NCBI GenBank assembly: GCA_963727525.1
Contig: CAVSGO010000007.1
Coordinates: 800,001-864,000, forward strand
Direction: 5' to 3'
DNA: 64,000 bases
Source of the DNA: an uncultured bacterium
GTDB lineage: Bacteria > Krumholzibacteriota > Krumholzibacteriia > LZORAL124-64-63
Shown here one piece after another: positions 1 through 17,094 of the stretch; position 1 is the first letter of the stretch, and the number at the start of each line of letters is the position of its first letter. A program made the position numbers and the translations under genes. Below the pieces are notes generated by a model. The model saw nothing but the letters and a program-made list of their open reading frames with translations. It was not told where the DNA came from and ran no database searches.

Positions 1-2
1 CA

Positions 3-875
3 AAGCCGGGCACGGTGCCCACAGGCGTGACCTTCCTTTACGCGTTCGAGAACGAGCGCGGCGCGGTGTACTACCCGTTCGAGGGCCTGGCCGGTGCCGA
101 CTACGGCGACGATGGAACCCTGGTCATCTGCGACGAGAAGCGCAGCAAGGTCTACGGGCTCGATCCCCGGACACAGGAGTGGTACGAGTTCGCCACGGCG
201 TCCGGTGCCAACTACCGCCCTGTGGATGTGCGAATCGACGGCTTCAAGGTGCTCGTGCTCGACATCGGTGGTCGCAGTCTCGATCGCTACGATCTCGACG
301 GCGCGTACCAGGACCGGCTCGTGAATTTCCGCACGCTCGATCCCGCCTACGACACCACGCCCAGCGCCTTCGACGTCGACGTCGACGGTCGGTTGGTGGT
401 CGCCGACGGCGGCGATAACCAGATCGTCATGCTCGATGCGTTCCTCAACCTGCAGATGCGCGTGGGTGGCCCGGGACCGAACACGGACCAGTTCCACGAG
501 CCGAGCGGCGTGGCATTCCTGCCCGACGGCGGCTTCCTGGTGAGCGACCGGGGCAACCGACGCTTGCAGCGGTTCAACCGGCTCGGCTTCTACGAGGACG
601 TGATAGGCGGGGAATTCAATGTCGACAATCCCTTCGTCACGCCGCAGGGCGTCGACGTGGACCGCTGGGGCAACGCCTTCGTGGCCGATCCGGTGGCGGG
701 TCTGGTGCACGTGATCGATGCCTCGGGCCAACCGCTCTTCATCATCGGACCGGACCTGAATCTCCTCGCCGCCTTGCAGGCGCCGATGGATGTCGCGGTG
801 GGGCCCCAGGACCTGCTGGCCGTCACTGACCGCACGCGCGGCGCCGTCCTGGTCTTCCAGCTCCTCTACGACTGA
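3..875 (+). CDS. NHL-repeat beta-propeller protein (5' truncated by window edge)
   Basis: Repeated NHL-like motifs (FHEPSGVAFLPDGGFLVSDRGNRRLQRF; FVTPQGVDVDRWGNAFVAD); frame is open from base 3. Confidence 0.8.
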   Translation, partial: KPGTVPTGVTFLYAFENERGAVYYPFEGLAGADYGDDGTLVICDEKRSKVYGLDPRTQEWYEFATASGANYRPVDVRIDGFKVLVLDIGGRSLDRYDLDGAYQDRLVNFRTLDPAYDTTPSAFDVDVDGRLVVADGGDNQIVMLDAFLNLQMRVGGPGPNTDQFHEPSGVAFLPDGGFLVSDRGNRRLQRFNRLGFYEDVIGGEFNVDNPFVTPQGVDVDRWGNAFVADPVAGLVHVIDASGQPLFIIGPDLNLLAALQAPMDVAVGPQDLLAVTDRTRGAVLVFQLLYD

Positions 876-3800
876 GGCGGCTGCACCGCGGGAGGTGTCC
901 GGTGAGCCGTGTCGTCCTCCTCGGGCTCACATTCCTCGCCCTGGTGGCACCGAAAGGCGCCGGGGCAGCGAGTGATGCCGCGCCGTCGGACGACGCCCTC
1001 ATTCCCGAGCTCGAGTTCTTCGTCTTGCCGGAGGGGAGCCAGGCCCTGGCCCTGGCACACGGGTACGTGGATCCCGCGAGCTTCCGGCTCACCGTCGGTG
1101 GTCGTCTGTGGGAGGCGGACCACGATTTCCGGTTGCGGTCGCGAGCCGGACTCGTCGTGCCGCTCCGTCACTGGGCGGCGCCCGGCGCGGGGCCGGTGGT
1201 GGTGAAGGCCGCCTACCGGTATCTGCCCGTGGCCTTCGCGCCACGCCTGGACCTGCGGCCACTCGCGCAGGCGCCCGTGCCCGCCACGTCCGGCGCGCGG
1301 GCGACCCCGGAAGCCACGGCGACGGGCCCGGGCAGCTACGGCACGCTCACCGTTCGCGGCAGCAAGTCGGTGCAGGTGTCCTCGGGTAACCGGCGTGATT
1401 TGACAGTGGACCAGAACTTGCGCCTGAGCATCGCTGGCCAGCTCACGCGCGACATCAGCGTGCGGGCGGCGCTCTCGGACGACAACCTCCCGGTGGTTCC
1501 CGAGGGCAATACCACCGAGCTACGCGACATCGACAAGGTGCTCGTGGAGCTGACCGCCCCGCACTGGCGAGCCACCCTCGGTGACTTCGTGGCGCTGCGT
1601 GGCGGCACGGTGTTCGGCAACTATCGACGCAAGCTGCAGGGTTTCTCGATCGCGGCGGAGGGCGTGGACGTGCTGGCGGGTTCGCCGCGCGGGCGTTATC
1701 GCACGGTCGAGATCCGCGGGCAGGAAGCGAACCAGGGCCCGTACTACCTGGGCGCCGGCGACAGTGGTACGAATCTCTACATCGTCGCGGGTTCCGAGCG
1801 CGTGACCCTCGATGGTGCCGAACTCACGCGGGGCGCCGACCGCGATTACGTGATCGACTACGTGCGCGGTACCGTCACGTTCACGTACCGGCGGATGATC
1901 ACTGCCGAGTCGCTGATCGTGGTGGAATACGAGGAAGGCGAGGGGCCGTACGCACGCACAGTGGTCGGGGCAGGCGCCGGCGCCAGTGCCCGGGTGCCGT
2001 TCCTGGGCGGAAGCCTCGCGTCGCTCACGGTGCGCCTGACCCGCGAGAAGGACGATCCCCAGCGTTTGCGCACGGGCACGCTCGACGCCGAAGACGAGAA
2101 TGTGCTGGCGGCGGCCGGCGACGATCCTCTCGCGGCCCTGGCCTCGGGCGTGACGTCGGTGGATCCGGGAACGGGCGATTACACGGCGCAGGAGCAGGGC
2201 AGCGACACGATCTACGTCTACACCCCAGGCGGCGATCTCACGGTGGCCTTCGCGTACGTGGGCGCCGGCTTCGGCGACTACGATCTGCAGTCGCTCACGG
2301 AAGCGGGCACGCGGGTCTACGTCTACCGCGGGCCGGGACTGGGCGCGTACCGGGTGGGACGCCTGCTGCCGCTGCCGGAGTCGCACAGCCTGGTGACCAT
2401 CGCCGGCGCGCTCGGCGACACCAGCGGCGCGGGCGTGGACGTGGAATGGGACATCTCCAAGCTCGACCGCAACGTCCTGTCCACCAGCGACAGTGGCGAC
2501 GATCATGGCGAGGCGGGCCGCGTGCGTCTGCGCAGCGGCGCCGTAGGCCTCGCCGGAGGGACGCTGGCCGCAAGCGCGTCGCACACCGACCGGGGCGGAT
2601 TCTTTCAGCCGCTGCTCTCGGACCGCACGATCTTCGATTATGAACGCTGGGGCCTGGCCGACCGCGCGCGGCGTGCGAACTTCCTCGCCCAGCGCGATAA
2701 GGTGACGGACGTTGCGACCCACTGGGCCGCCGGCGATGCCGGCCGCCGGCTCGCCCTCGGCGGCACCTGGGCGCACCTGGCGCATGGGCCCGACCTCACG
2801 GCGCGGCGCTGGCAAGCCTCCGGCGACGCGGAACTCGGCCGGGCACAGTGGCGCGGCACCATGCGGCGCGCCACGGCGCGCGACCGGGTCGATCCTCTTG
2901 AAGTGACGCGGCGCGACCAGGACCACCAGGTGGTGTGGCAAGGCCGCGCGGTCGTGCCACGCGTCAGCTACCGCCGGCAGGAATGGACCGATGCAGCGAT
3001 CGCCGGCCCCCGCGCTGCGGGATACCGCCTGCGTGAGTACGGCGGCGCCCTGGCGGGCCCCGCGGCCGGTACGTGGTCCTGGGACTTGGGGTTCGACCAC
3101 GGCCTCGCCGATTCGCTGCGCACCGGCGCGTGGCAGGGCGTGCGCGACAGCCGTACCTGGCACGCCCGCGCCGGCACGCCGCGCGTGGGCGGGGTGCGCC
3201 TCGTGGGTGAGGGAACGGTGCGCGAGGTGCACCTGCCCGGCGGCGGCACGGAGACCACGCGTCTGGCCAAGGCCGACCTCGCCGGACTGTGGCCCACCCT
3301 GGGTAGTGACTGGAGCCTGAGCTACAGCGTCGACAACAGCCGCGCCGAGGTGCTGCGGCGCGAGATCGTGTTCGTGGGTACGCATCAGGGCAGCTATGAT
3401 GCCGTGGGCGACTTCGTGGGCTTCGAGCAGGGCGACTACAACCTCGTACTCGCCGGCACCGACAGCCTCGTGGCGACCACGGCAGTCAAGGCCGATCTCG
3501 CCTGGCGTCAGGACTTCAGTGGCCTCGGCCACGACCGCGCGTGGGGTGCCTGGACCAGCGTCACGCGCGCCGCGGTGGAAGGCCGCAGTCGCACGGACGA
3601 CGTCGGCAGCCTGCTCGCGCTCAACCCCCGCGTGCTCTTCGACCCGGACACCGTGGTGCTGGCGCGCGTACAGCTCAACCAGGAGTTCGACTTCCTGCGC
3701 CATCTGCGCGACTGGGACCTGCGTGTGCTCTGGGATCACGACGAGTCGCGCGATCGGCAATATGCCGCGAGCCAGGAAGACCGCCTGCTGCGCCGGCAGC

Positions 3801-4271
3801 ACGGCACGTTGAGCTGGAACGCCACGCGGCAGGTCACGCTGCGGCTGCAGGGCGAGCGCGAGGCCGATCGGCGTACCACCGACGCCGTCGCGAACGAGGC
3901 GCGCCAGAGCTACGACGCGCACACGCGCCACGTCGATCTCGAAGCGGTTCTGCGACCACGTGCCGGCGACCGCGTGGCGTTCGGTGTGGAGGCGCTGACG
4001 CGCGACGACAGCTTCTCAGGCGTGTCGCAGACGGAGTACGCCGTGAATCCGAGCTTGCGGTGGCGTCCTCGCAACGATTGGACGCTGCAGTGCGACCTCC
4101 GTGTGGCCGAGGTCACGAGCGACGAGCCGGCGGGCGCGCGCCGTCCCTATTTCTTTCCCCGGCCCGGACGCAATGTCGATGCCAGCGCGCGCCTGGCCTG
4201 GAATCCGAACGACCATCTGACCTTCGCGCTCGCCTACTTCGGGCGCAAGCAGGGAGACCTGGAGTGGCAGC

Positions 4272-10882
<6,611 letters not shown>

Positions 10883-10892
10883 GGAGAGACCA

Positions 10893-12173
10893 ATGACGCG
10901 TGTCGACCTGCTCGTGGACTCGATCGGACAGCTCTGCACCGTCTCACGCCCCACCGACGGCGACGGTCCGCGGCGCGGCGCGGCGCTCGCGGATGTCGGA
11001 GCCATCGACGACGGCGCGCTCGCCATCGCCGATGGGCGGGTGGTGGCGGCGGGCCCGCGCCACGCGGTACGCCAGAGGCTCTGGCCGCACGGGGGGCCCG
11101 GGCCGGAGGTGACGGTGGTGGATGCCGCGGGTCGCTGTGTGGTACCGGGCTTCGTCGACCCGCATACCCATGCGGTCTTCGGCCGCACCCGCCAGGACGA
11201 GTATGAACGTCGGGTGCGCGGCGAGACCTACCTGCAGATCGCGGCGGCGGGTGGTGGGATCAACGCCTCGGTGCGCGATCTGCGCGAGCGTTCGGAGGAC
11301 GATCTCGTGGCACTGGCCGTCCCGCGGTTGCGGGAGATGGTGGCGCATGGCACCACAACTGTCGAAATAAAAAGCGGTTACGGGCTCAACTTGAATGATG
11401 AGCTGAAGAGCCTGCGCGCGGCGCGCCGGGCCGCTGACGCGGCCGGGATCGGCGCCGTGCTCACCTGCCTGGCCGCCCACGAGGTGCCGCCGGAGTACCG
11501 CGACCGTCGCGGCGACTACGTGCGCGTGGTGTGCGCGGAGGTGCTGCCGGCGGTGGTGGAGTCGGGCCTCGCCGACCGCTGCGACGTGTTCTGCGAGCCG
11601 TCGGTGTTCCCGCTGGCCGAGACGGAAACCATCCTCACCCGGGCTCGCGAGTTGGGGCTGCGGCTCACGGTGCACGCGGACGAACTGGAACCGATGGGTG
11701 GTGCGGCGCTGGCGGCGCGGCTCGGCGCGGATAGCGCCGACCATCTCATCGTCATCGACGCGGCCGGTCAAGCGGCGCTGGCAGGTTCGCGGACCGTGGC
11801 CACGCTGTTGCCGGGCACTGTCTTCACCCTCGGATTGCGCGCCTACGCGCCGGCGCGCGCCATGATCGACGCCGGCTGCGCCGTGGCGTTGGCCACGGAT
11901 TTCAACCCCGGCAGCAGCCCCATCCTGTCCGTCCCGCTGATCCAGGCGATCGCCTGCAGTCAGATGCGACTGCTGCCGGGGGAGGCGCTGGTGGGCACCA
12001 CGCTCAACGCGGCCTGGGCCCTGGGCCTGGCCGATCGCGTGGGATCGCTGGCGCCGGGCAAGGCCGCCGACTTCCTCATCCTCGACGGCGACGATCACCG
12101 TCTGGTGCCTTACCAGGCGGGGCATAATCCGGTGGCCGCGGTGTATCGCGCCGGCCGTCGCATCGCCGGTTGA
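10893..12173 (+). CDS. hutI: Imidazolonepropionase
   Basis: PGFVDPHTH, GTTTVEIKSGYGL, DVFCE, HADE, ATDFNPGSSP; GAGGAG RBS. Confidence 0.95.
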   Translation: MTRVDLLVDSIGQLCTVSRPTDGDGPRRGAALADVGAIDDGALAIADGRVVAAGPRHAVRQRLWPHGGPGPEVTVVDAAGRCVVPGFVDPHTHAVFGRTRQDEYERRVRGETYLQIAAAGGGINASVRDLRERSEDDLVALAVPRLREMVAHGTTTVEIKSGYGLNLNDELKSLRAARRAADAAGIGAVLTCLAAHEVPPEYRDRRGDYVRVVCAEVLPAVVESGLADRCDVFCEPSVFPLAETETILTRARELGLRLTVHADELEPMGGAALAARLGADSADHLIVIDAAGQAALAGSRTVATLLPGTVFTLGLRAYAPARAMIDAGCAVALATDFNPGSSPILSVPLIQAIACSQMRLLPGEALVGTTLNAAWALGLADRVGSLAPGKAADFLILDGDDHRLVPYQAGHNPVAAVYRAGRRIAG

Positions 12174-12197
12174 GCGCGGCTCCCCCAAAAAAAGCGC

Positions 12198-12224
12198 TCA
12201 ACCTGCGCTCATGCTGAACGAACT
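12198..12224 (+). promoter_or_regulatory. Sigma-28-like promoter candidate (TCAA-N15-AACGAACT)
   Basis: Same spacing as the motif before pilB, pilR and pilM; weaker -10. Confidence 0.4.
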
Positions 12225-12251
12225 ATGGGGACGCCAGGCCGGACCGCGGCC

Positions 12252-13850
12252 ATGAGTGGCCAAAGCATCATCGCCTCGTCGGGGAGCGACTCCTTGTCGT
12301 CCAAGCTCAGCAACCTGAAGCAGGAAGCCTACCAGGCAGCGAAGCGGCGCAACTGGGTCGAGGCCATCTCGATCTACGAGCGTCTGCTCGACCTCGACAA
12401 GAATAATCCCGCGCTCCTCAACGAGCTCGGCGATATCTGCCTGAAGAACCAGGACCCGCCGAAGGCCGTGCGCCAGTTCCTCAATGCAGCGGCGAAGTAC
12501 AAGCAGAACGGGCTGCTCAACAACGCAGTCGCGGTGTACAAGAAGGTGCTGCGGCACGAGCCCGACAACATCAATGCCCACTGGTTCCTCGCGGAGATCC
12601 GCTCGAGCCAGGGGCTGGTCATGGAGGGCGAGGTCCACGCGGAACGCTTCCTTGCGGCCGCGGACGTGGTGGCGGGGGAGATCAAGGAGATCTTCCTGAA
12701 GCGCTGCGTGCAATTGCTCGCCCTCTACCCGGGCAGCCGCGCGATCCTCGAACGCATGCAGGGCGTCTTTCGCGTCTGGAACCTGCCGCTCGAGGAGGCG
12801 CGCACGGCCTGCCTGCTCGCGGTCGTCCTGCGGGGAGAAGGGGAGGCCAAGGCCGGTGCCGCCCTCGTGCAGCGCGCCCTGGAGTTCTGTCCCGAAGTGG
12901 CGAATTACATCGAGTACACGCGCTGGCAGACGGCCAGCGGCACCACGACCAATCCGGCGAACTTCGCCGATGTCAACACCGTGGAACTCGGAGCGGCCGA
13001 CGAACCCGTCGCGGCGCCTGAGCCGGTCGTACCCGAGGTACCGGTACGGCCCGAACCGACGACGATGAGCTGGGACATCGGCGCGGAACTGGAGCTGGAG
13101 CCGGAGCCTGTGCCGCCCCCGGCGACTCCGTCCGCGCTGCCGGTGGACGCTTTCGAGCAATTCCTCGCGGGCACGAGCGATACCGACGACGCCGTGACCA
13201 CGAACGCGCCCGGCCAGGACGCCGTTGGCGCCTTCGGCCGCGATTCCGACGACGGCCTGCCCCGAGACGACGACGGCTGCTTCGCCATCGACACCGACGA
13301 CACCGGGACGGAGACGAGCTTCGCCGATCTCATCGACGCGGCCACGGCCAGCATCGGCACGCCGGCGAAGTCTGCGGATCCACTGCAGAAGATCCTCGAC
13401 GATGTGGGGCCGGACAGCGGTGGCGACGCGGGTCAGGTCGACACCATCACCAGCGAGATCGGCCAGCACGTGGGTGGCGAAGGCGAGCAGGATGCCGAGG
13501 CGCTGTATCAGCAGGGGCTGGTCTACCTCGAGCTGGGCCTGCACGCCCAGGCGGCCGAGAGCTTCGCGGCGGCGTCGGGCAGCGCGCAGTACGCCCTGCG
13601 GGCGTGCGAGATGCTCGGCGTATCCCTCGAGCGCGACGGTCGCGACAGGGAGGCGCTCACCGCCTTCGAGCAGGGCCTGGCCGTAACGGGCGTCGAGCCC
13701 CGGTCGATCCTCGGCCTTCACTACCACGCGGCGCAGCTCCACGAGCGCCTCGGCAACGCCGTTCGCGCCCGGGCCCACTACGAGGAGATCCACGCGATCG
13801 ATCCCACCTTCCTCGACGTCGCCCAGCGCATCCAGCAGCTCGTGCCGTAG
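12252..13850 (+). CDS. Tetratricopeptide-repeat protein with long acidic linker
   Basis: N- and C-terminal TPR helices separated by an Asp/Glu/Pro-rich low-complexity region; start at 12252 or 12225. Confidence 0.8.
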   Translation: MSGQSIIASSGSDSLSSKLSNLKQEAYQAAKRRNWVEAISIYERLLDLDKNNPALLNELGDICLKNQDPPKAVRQFLNAAAKYKQNGLLNNAVAVYKKVLRHEPDNINAHWFLAEIRSSQGLVMEGEVHAERFLAAADVVAGEIKEIFLKRCVQLLALYPGSRAILERMQGVFRVWNLPLEEARTACLLAVVLRGEGEAKAGAALVQRALEFCPEVANYIEYTRWQTASGTTTNPANFADVNTVELGAADEPVAAPEPVVPEVPVRPEPTTMSWDIGAELELEPEPVPPPATPSALPVDAFEQFLAGTSDTDDAVTTNAPGQDAVGAFGRDSDDGLPRDDDGCFAIDTDDTGTETSFADLIDAATASIGTPAKSADPLQKILDDVGPDSGGDAGQVDTITSEIGQHVGGEGEQDAEALYQQGLVYLELGLHAQAAESFAAASGSAQYALRACEMLGVSLERDGRDREALTAFEQGLAVTGVEPRSILGLHYHAAQLHERLGNAVRARAHYEEIHAIDPTFLDVAQRIQQLVP

Positions 13851-13878
13851 CACGCTTCGCCGGTGTTTGCCGTAGCGC

Positions 13879-13907
13879 TTGCCACCGCCCCCACCTTTGC
13901 CTACGAT
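13879..13907 (+). promoter_or_regulatory. Sigma-70 promoter (TTGCCA-N17-TACGAT), probably leaderless
   Basis: -10 ends 7 nt before ATG 13914; no SD. Confidence 0.6.
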
Positions 13908-13913
13908 CCGGTC

Positions 13914-16496
13914 ATGTCAGACACGCCCAGGCAATCGTCCTCGTTTTCCGGGGTCCGGCAGGCCGTCTTGCTGGGCCTTTTTACGGGTACGGGGTGCGGG
14001 CTCGGCGTCCTGCTGTCCGGGGTTCCCAACGTGGAACTGATCACCCTCACGTCGGTTCTCGCCGGCGTTGCGCTCGGTCCGGTCGGCGGGCTCGTCGCCG
14101 GCGCGCTGGCCGAGGCGGCGTACTCGCTCGCCAGTCCCTATGGCGTTGCCCTGCCGGTGCTGTTCGTGGCGCAGGTGGTCGGCATGGGCCTGGCCGGGCT
14201 CGTGGGCGGGCTGACGGCGCCACCGCTGCTGCGTTTGCTCGCGCAGCGCCGACGGCTCGTGACCGGCGTCCTGGCGGCGACCCTGGGAGCAGCGACGACC
14301 GTGGTCTTCGACCTCCTCACCAACCTGGCAATCGGTCTCGCCACCGACATCGACTTGCGCGTCGCTCTCGCGGGCGGCATCGTGTTCGCGTTGCTGCACG
14401 TCGGCGCGAACTCGCTCGTCTTCGGCGCGCTCTGGCCCCTGCTCGCGCCGCGGGTGCGGCGGTTGCGCGCGCCCAGTCTGCGCGTCCAGGTGGTGGCCTG
14501 GCTCGCACTCGGGGTGTTCGCTTGCGCGGCGCCGGGGCGGGCGCAGCTCGCGCCGGTGCTGGCCGACTCCGACACGGCGATCGCCGTCGTGGATACCGCG
14601 GCCGCGATCGCGGCGATGGACACGCTCGGCGCCGTCGCCGATACGACGAGGACCTTCGCGGGCGTCGACACGACGACGGCCGTGCCCGACACCGCGGCCA
14701 TCCTCGTCACCACGCCGCCCGCGGTGCGCACGGTGCGCGGCTGGCGCCGCCCGTTGTGGGAGCCGTTCTACTCGTCACTGCGCGAGGACCTCGCGCGGCG
14801 GTCGCAGTGGCTGGCCGTCGCCGACGGCGGCTTCGGCGCGCGGGTCTTCCTCGCCGGCGAACCCGGCACGTCATTTTTCCCCACGGTGCTGCGGGACGGT
14901 TTGCCGGTGCTCGTGGGGCATCGCTTCCTCGACGACGTCGAGAGCGTGCCCATCACCGGCACGCGGCTCGGCGCCACGACCTTCGGCCTCGACGGCTGGG
15001 GCGGTACCGACGGCGTCGTGAGGCGCAACGAAGCCGACCTGCGCCCCGATGCAGCCTTCACCGATACGCGCTGGCACGCAGGTTCGCAGCAAGATCTCTT
15101 CCGCAGCGTCCACCTGCTGACGGCCGTGGCGCCGTGGCGCGTGGGGCTGGATATCGAGGAGCACCTGAACGACGAGGCCTACGATTTCCGTACGCCTGGC
15201 GAGACCCGCTATTCCGGACTTGCTGATGCGGAGGTGGCCGGCTTCCCGGGGCGGGCGAAGTTCCGCAGCGGGCGCGGCGTGCTACGGCGCTATCTCGACT
15301 TGCAGACCAGCCTCACCGTCTCGGTCGAGGATGTGCGCAAGCTGAAGAACGCGTTGCCGGCCTTCGATGCGACCGAGCAGGATCTCTGGCGCCACACCTT
15401 CGCGGTCGACTGGCGTGAGCCGGGGTTGCGGGCGGCCGCGTACACCATCGACGAAGCAGTCGACTGGAATCGCCCTGCCAGCAGCGGCAACCCGCCGCCC
15501 GCGCGCAAGCTCGAGGGCGGGCGTGAGGGAATCCTGCTCACGCTCGGCGACGGTCTGTTGAGATTCACCGCTGAGCGCTGGACCCTCGCGGATACCGGCG
15601 CCGACACGAGCTGGGCGCCCGACGACGCGGGACCGGTGGACGGCAGCGGTGCGTCGACCAACCTCGGCGCGGCACGCGCATGGACCGTGGGCCCGGCGCG
15701 GCTGGCGGCGACGGCGGCGGCGCGCTGGGACGACGGCGCCGGCTGGGCGCCGGAAGCCGCGGTGCACGTCGCGTCGGCGGACTCGCTGCCGTGGTGGACG
15801 GTGTCGCTCGAGCGCGGCGGTCGGGCGCCGCGCAGTGACGAACGGTTGACGGCCTGGCGTTTCGCGGCGCCGGAGCGCATCGACACGGTGGTGCTGCCAG
15901 GACACGGTCTCGCGCGGGAACGCACGTGGCGCGGGGTGGCGGCGCTGCAGCGGCGCGTGGCTGGCCTCGATGTTGCCTTGTCGGCCGCCTATCGCCGTCT
16001 CGAAGACGGCATCGGCTGGCGGGCGCAGGACGGCACCCGCACCGGACGCTGGGCCAACGGGCTCGACCTGCGGTCGCACACGATACGCGCCGGTCTCAGC
16101 CGAGAGGGTCGCTTCCTCGGCTGGGTCCGCGTGCAGGCTGACGCGGCCTGGCGCGGCTGGACCCGGGACGGCGACGTGCGCATCGCACTACCGCCGCGCC
16201 AGGACTGGCAGGTGGGCGTGCTGTGGGAGAATCACTTCTTCGACGAGGACGGCATCCTGCAGGTGGGATGGTTCCTCGACCATCGCGGCGAGATGGACGA
16301 CCCGTGGTATCTCGCGCGCCGGATCGTGCTGCCGGCAACGACGCAGCAGGACCTCGTCCTCGGCTTCCGGCTCGTAGGCACCAACCTCGGCATCGCCTTG
16401 CTCAATCTCACCGACCAGCGTGTGCTCACGAGCGCGGGCTCGCTCACGGATGGACGCCAGATGCGCTGGCGCCTGCACTGGACCTTCCTCTTCTAG
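13914..16496 (+). CDS. Fusion: ECF transporter S-component (CbrT-like) + internal signal peptide + TonB-plug-like/outer-membrane beta-barrel
   Basis: N-terminal ~180 aa multi-TM region with VPNVELIT, FVAQ, FDLLTN, HVGAN; then basic patch + hydrophobic stretch + PGRA/Q; plug-like PTVLRDGLPV; beta-strand C-half ending WRLHWTFLF. Confidence 0.7.
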   Translation: MSDTPRQSSSFSGVRQAVLLGLFTGTGCGLGVLLSGVPNVELITLTSVLAGVALGPVGGLVAGALAEAAYSLASPYGVALPVLFVAQVVGMGLAGLVGGLTAPPLLRLLAQRRRLVTGVLAATLGAATTVVFDLLTNLAIGLATDIDLRVALAGGIVFALLHVGANSLVFGALWPLLAPRVRRLRAPSLRVQVVAWLALGVFACAAPGRAQLAPVLADSDTAIAVVDTAAAIAAMDTLGAVADTTRTFAGVDTTTAVPDTAAILVTTPPAVRTVRGWRRPLWEPFYSSLREDLARRSQWLAVADGGFGARVFLAGEPGTSFFPTVLRDGLPVLVGHRFLDDVESVPITGTRLGATTFGLDGWGGTDGVVRRNEADLRPDAAFTDTRWHAGSQQDLFRSVHLLTAVAPWRVGLDIEEHLNDEAYDFRTPGETRYSGLADAEVAGFPGRAKFRSGRGVLRRYLDLQTSLTVSVEDVRKLKNALPAFDATEQDLWRHTFAVDWREPGLRAAAYTIDEAVDWNRPASSGNPPPARKLEGGREGILLTLGDGLLRFTAERWTLADTGADTSWAPDDAGPVDGSGASTNLGAARAWTVGPARLAATAAARWDDGAGWAPEAAVHVASADSLPWWTVSLERGGRAPRSDERLTAWRFAAPERIDTVVLPGHGLARERTWRGVAALQRRVAGLDVALSAAYRRLEDGIGWRAQDGTRTGRWANGLDLRSHTIRAGLSREGRFLGWVRVQADAAWRGWTRDGDVRIALPPRQDWQVGVLWENHFFDEDGILQVGWFLDHRGEMDDPWYLARRIVLPATTQQDLVLGFRLVGTNLGIALLNLTDQRVLTSAGSLTDGRQMRWRLHWTFLF

Positions 16497-16530
16497 CTTG
16501 CCCCTGGCACGCCGCCACGTGGGGACGGTC

Positions 16531-16974
16531 ATGACGCGGCGTGAGGCCGCAGCCCTGCTCGTGGCAGCCGCGCTCATCCTCGCCGGGCGCGGGCTGCGGC
16601 ACTGGCTGCTCGTGGGGCCCGACGGAGCCTGGCGAGATCCCGAATGGCTCGCTACGGCCCTGCCGCCGCTGGAGTCGGAGTCACCCGACCCCGAGCCCGC
16701 GCGTGCTGTCCTCATGGGCCCCCTGGCCGTCAACACCTGCCCTGCGGAGTCCCTCGTCGCCTTACCGGGCGTCGGACCCGTGCTCGCCGGGCGCATCGCA
16801 ACCGCCCGCGAGCAGGGCGTGCGTTTTGCAAACCTCGACGACCTCCAGCAGATCAAGGGCATTGGCCCGCGCCTCGCCGCGAAACTCGCGCCCTGGGTCG
16901 TATTCGGCCCGTTCGCGGCCACCGACACGTGCCGGGCGCAGCCTGCAATGCCACCCCCCGCCCGGGTCCCGTGA
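16531..16974 (+). CDS. comEA: ComEA-family helix-hairpin-helix DNA-binding protein
   Basis: N-terminal TM; VNTCPAESLVALPGVGPVLAGRI...F..LDDLQQIKGIG tandem HhH. Confidence 0.85.
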   Translation: MTRREAAALLVAAALILAGRGLRHWLLVGPDGAWRDPEWLATALPPLESESPDPEPARAVLMGPLAVNTCPAESLVALPGVGPVLAGRIATAREQGVRFANLDDLQQIKGIGPRLAAKLAPWVVFGPFAATDTCRAQPAMPPPARVP

Positions 16975-16991
16975 TTGCTGGGATTCTGCCC

Positions 16992-17019
16992 TCAAGGCCA
17001 CGGCGTATTGCGACGATAT
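16992..17019 (+). promoter_or_regulatory. Sigma-28-like promoter candidate (TCAA-N16-GACGATAT) before pilB
   Basis: Resembles the TCAAG-N14-GCCGATA FliA-type consensus, with one extra spacer base. Confidence 0.5.
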
Positions 17020-17094
17020 GAGGCCTGATCGGGTTGCCGTAGGAACGGTCAGCCACGACCACGCCTCATGTGTCCCGGAGTGGAGTACCCGCCC

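Noticed and set aside
1520-3931. Long antisense ORFs (803 aa here; also 12198-13853, 16762-18357, 42607-44334 and others)
   Set aside because: Shadow frames of well-supported + strand genes in high-GC DNA; no recognisable motifs
12168-12203. 10-bp inverted repeat GGTTGAGCGC/GCGCTCAACC after hutI
   Set aside because: 16-nt loop, no U-tract, and it overlaps the promoter candidate; function unsupported
13851-13913. Cobalamin riboswitch ahead of the ECF fusion
   Set aside because: Only 63 bp intergenic, and it is occupied by a promoter
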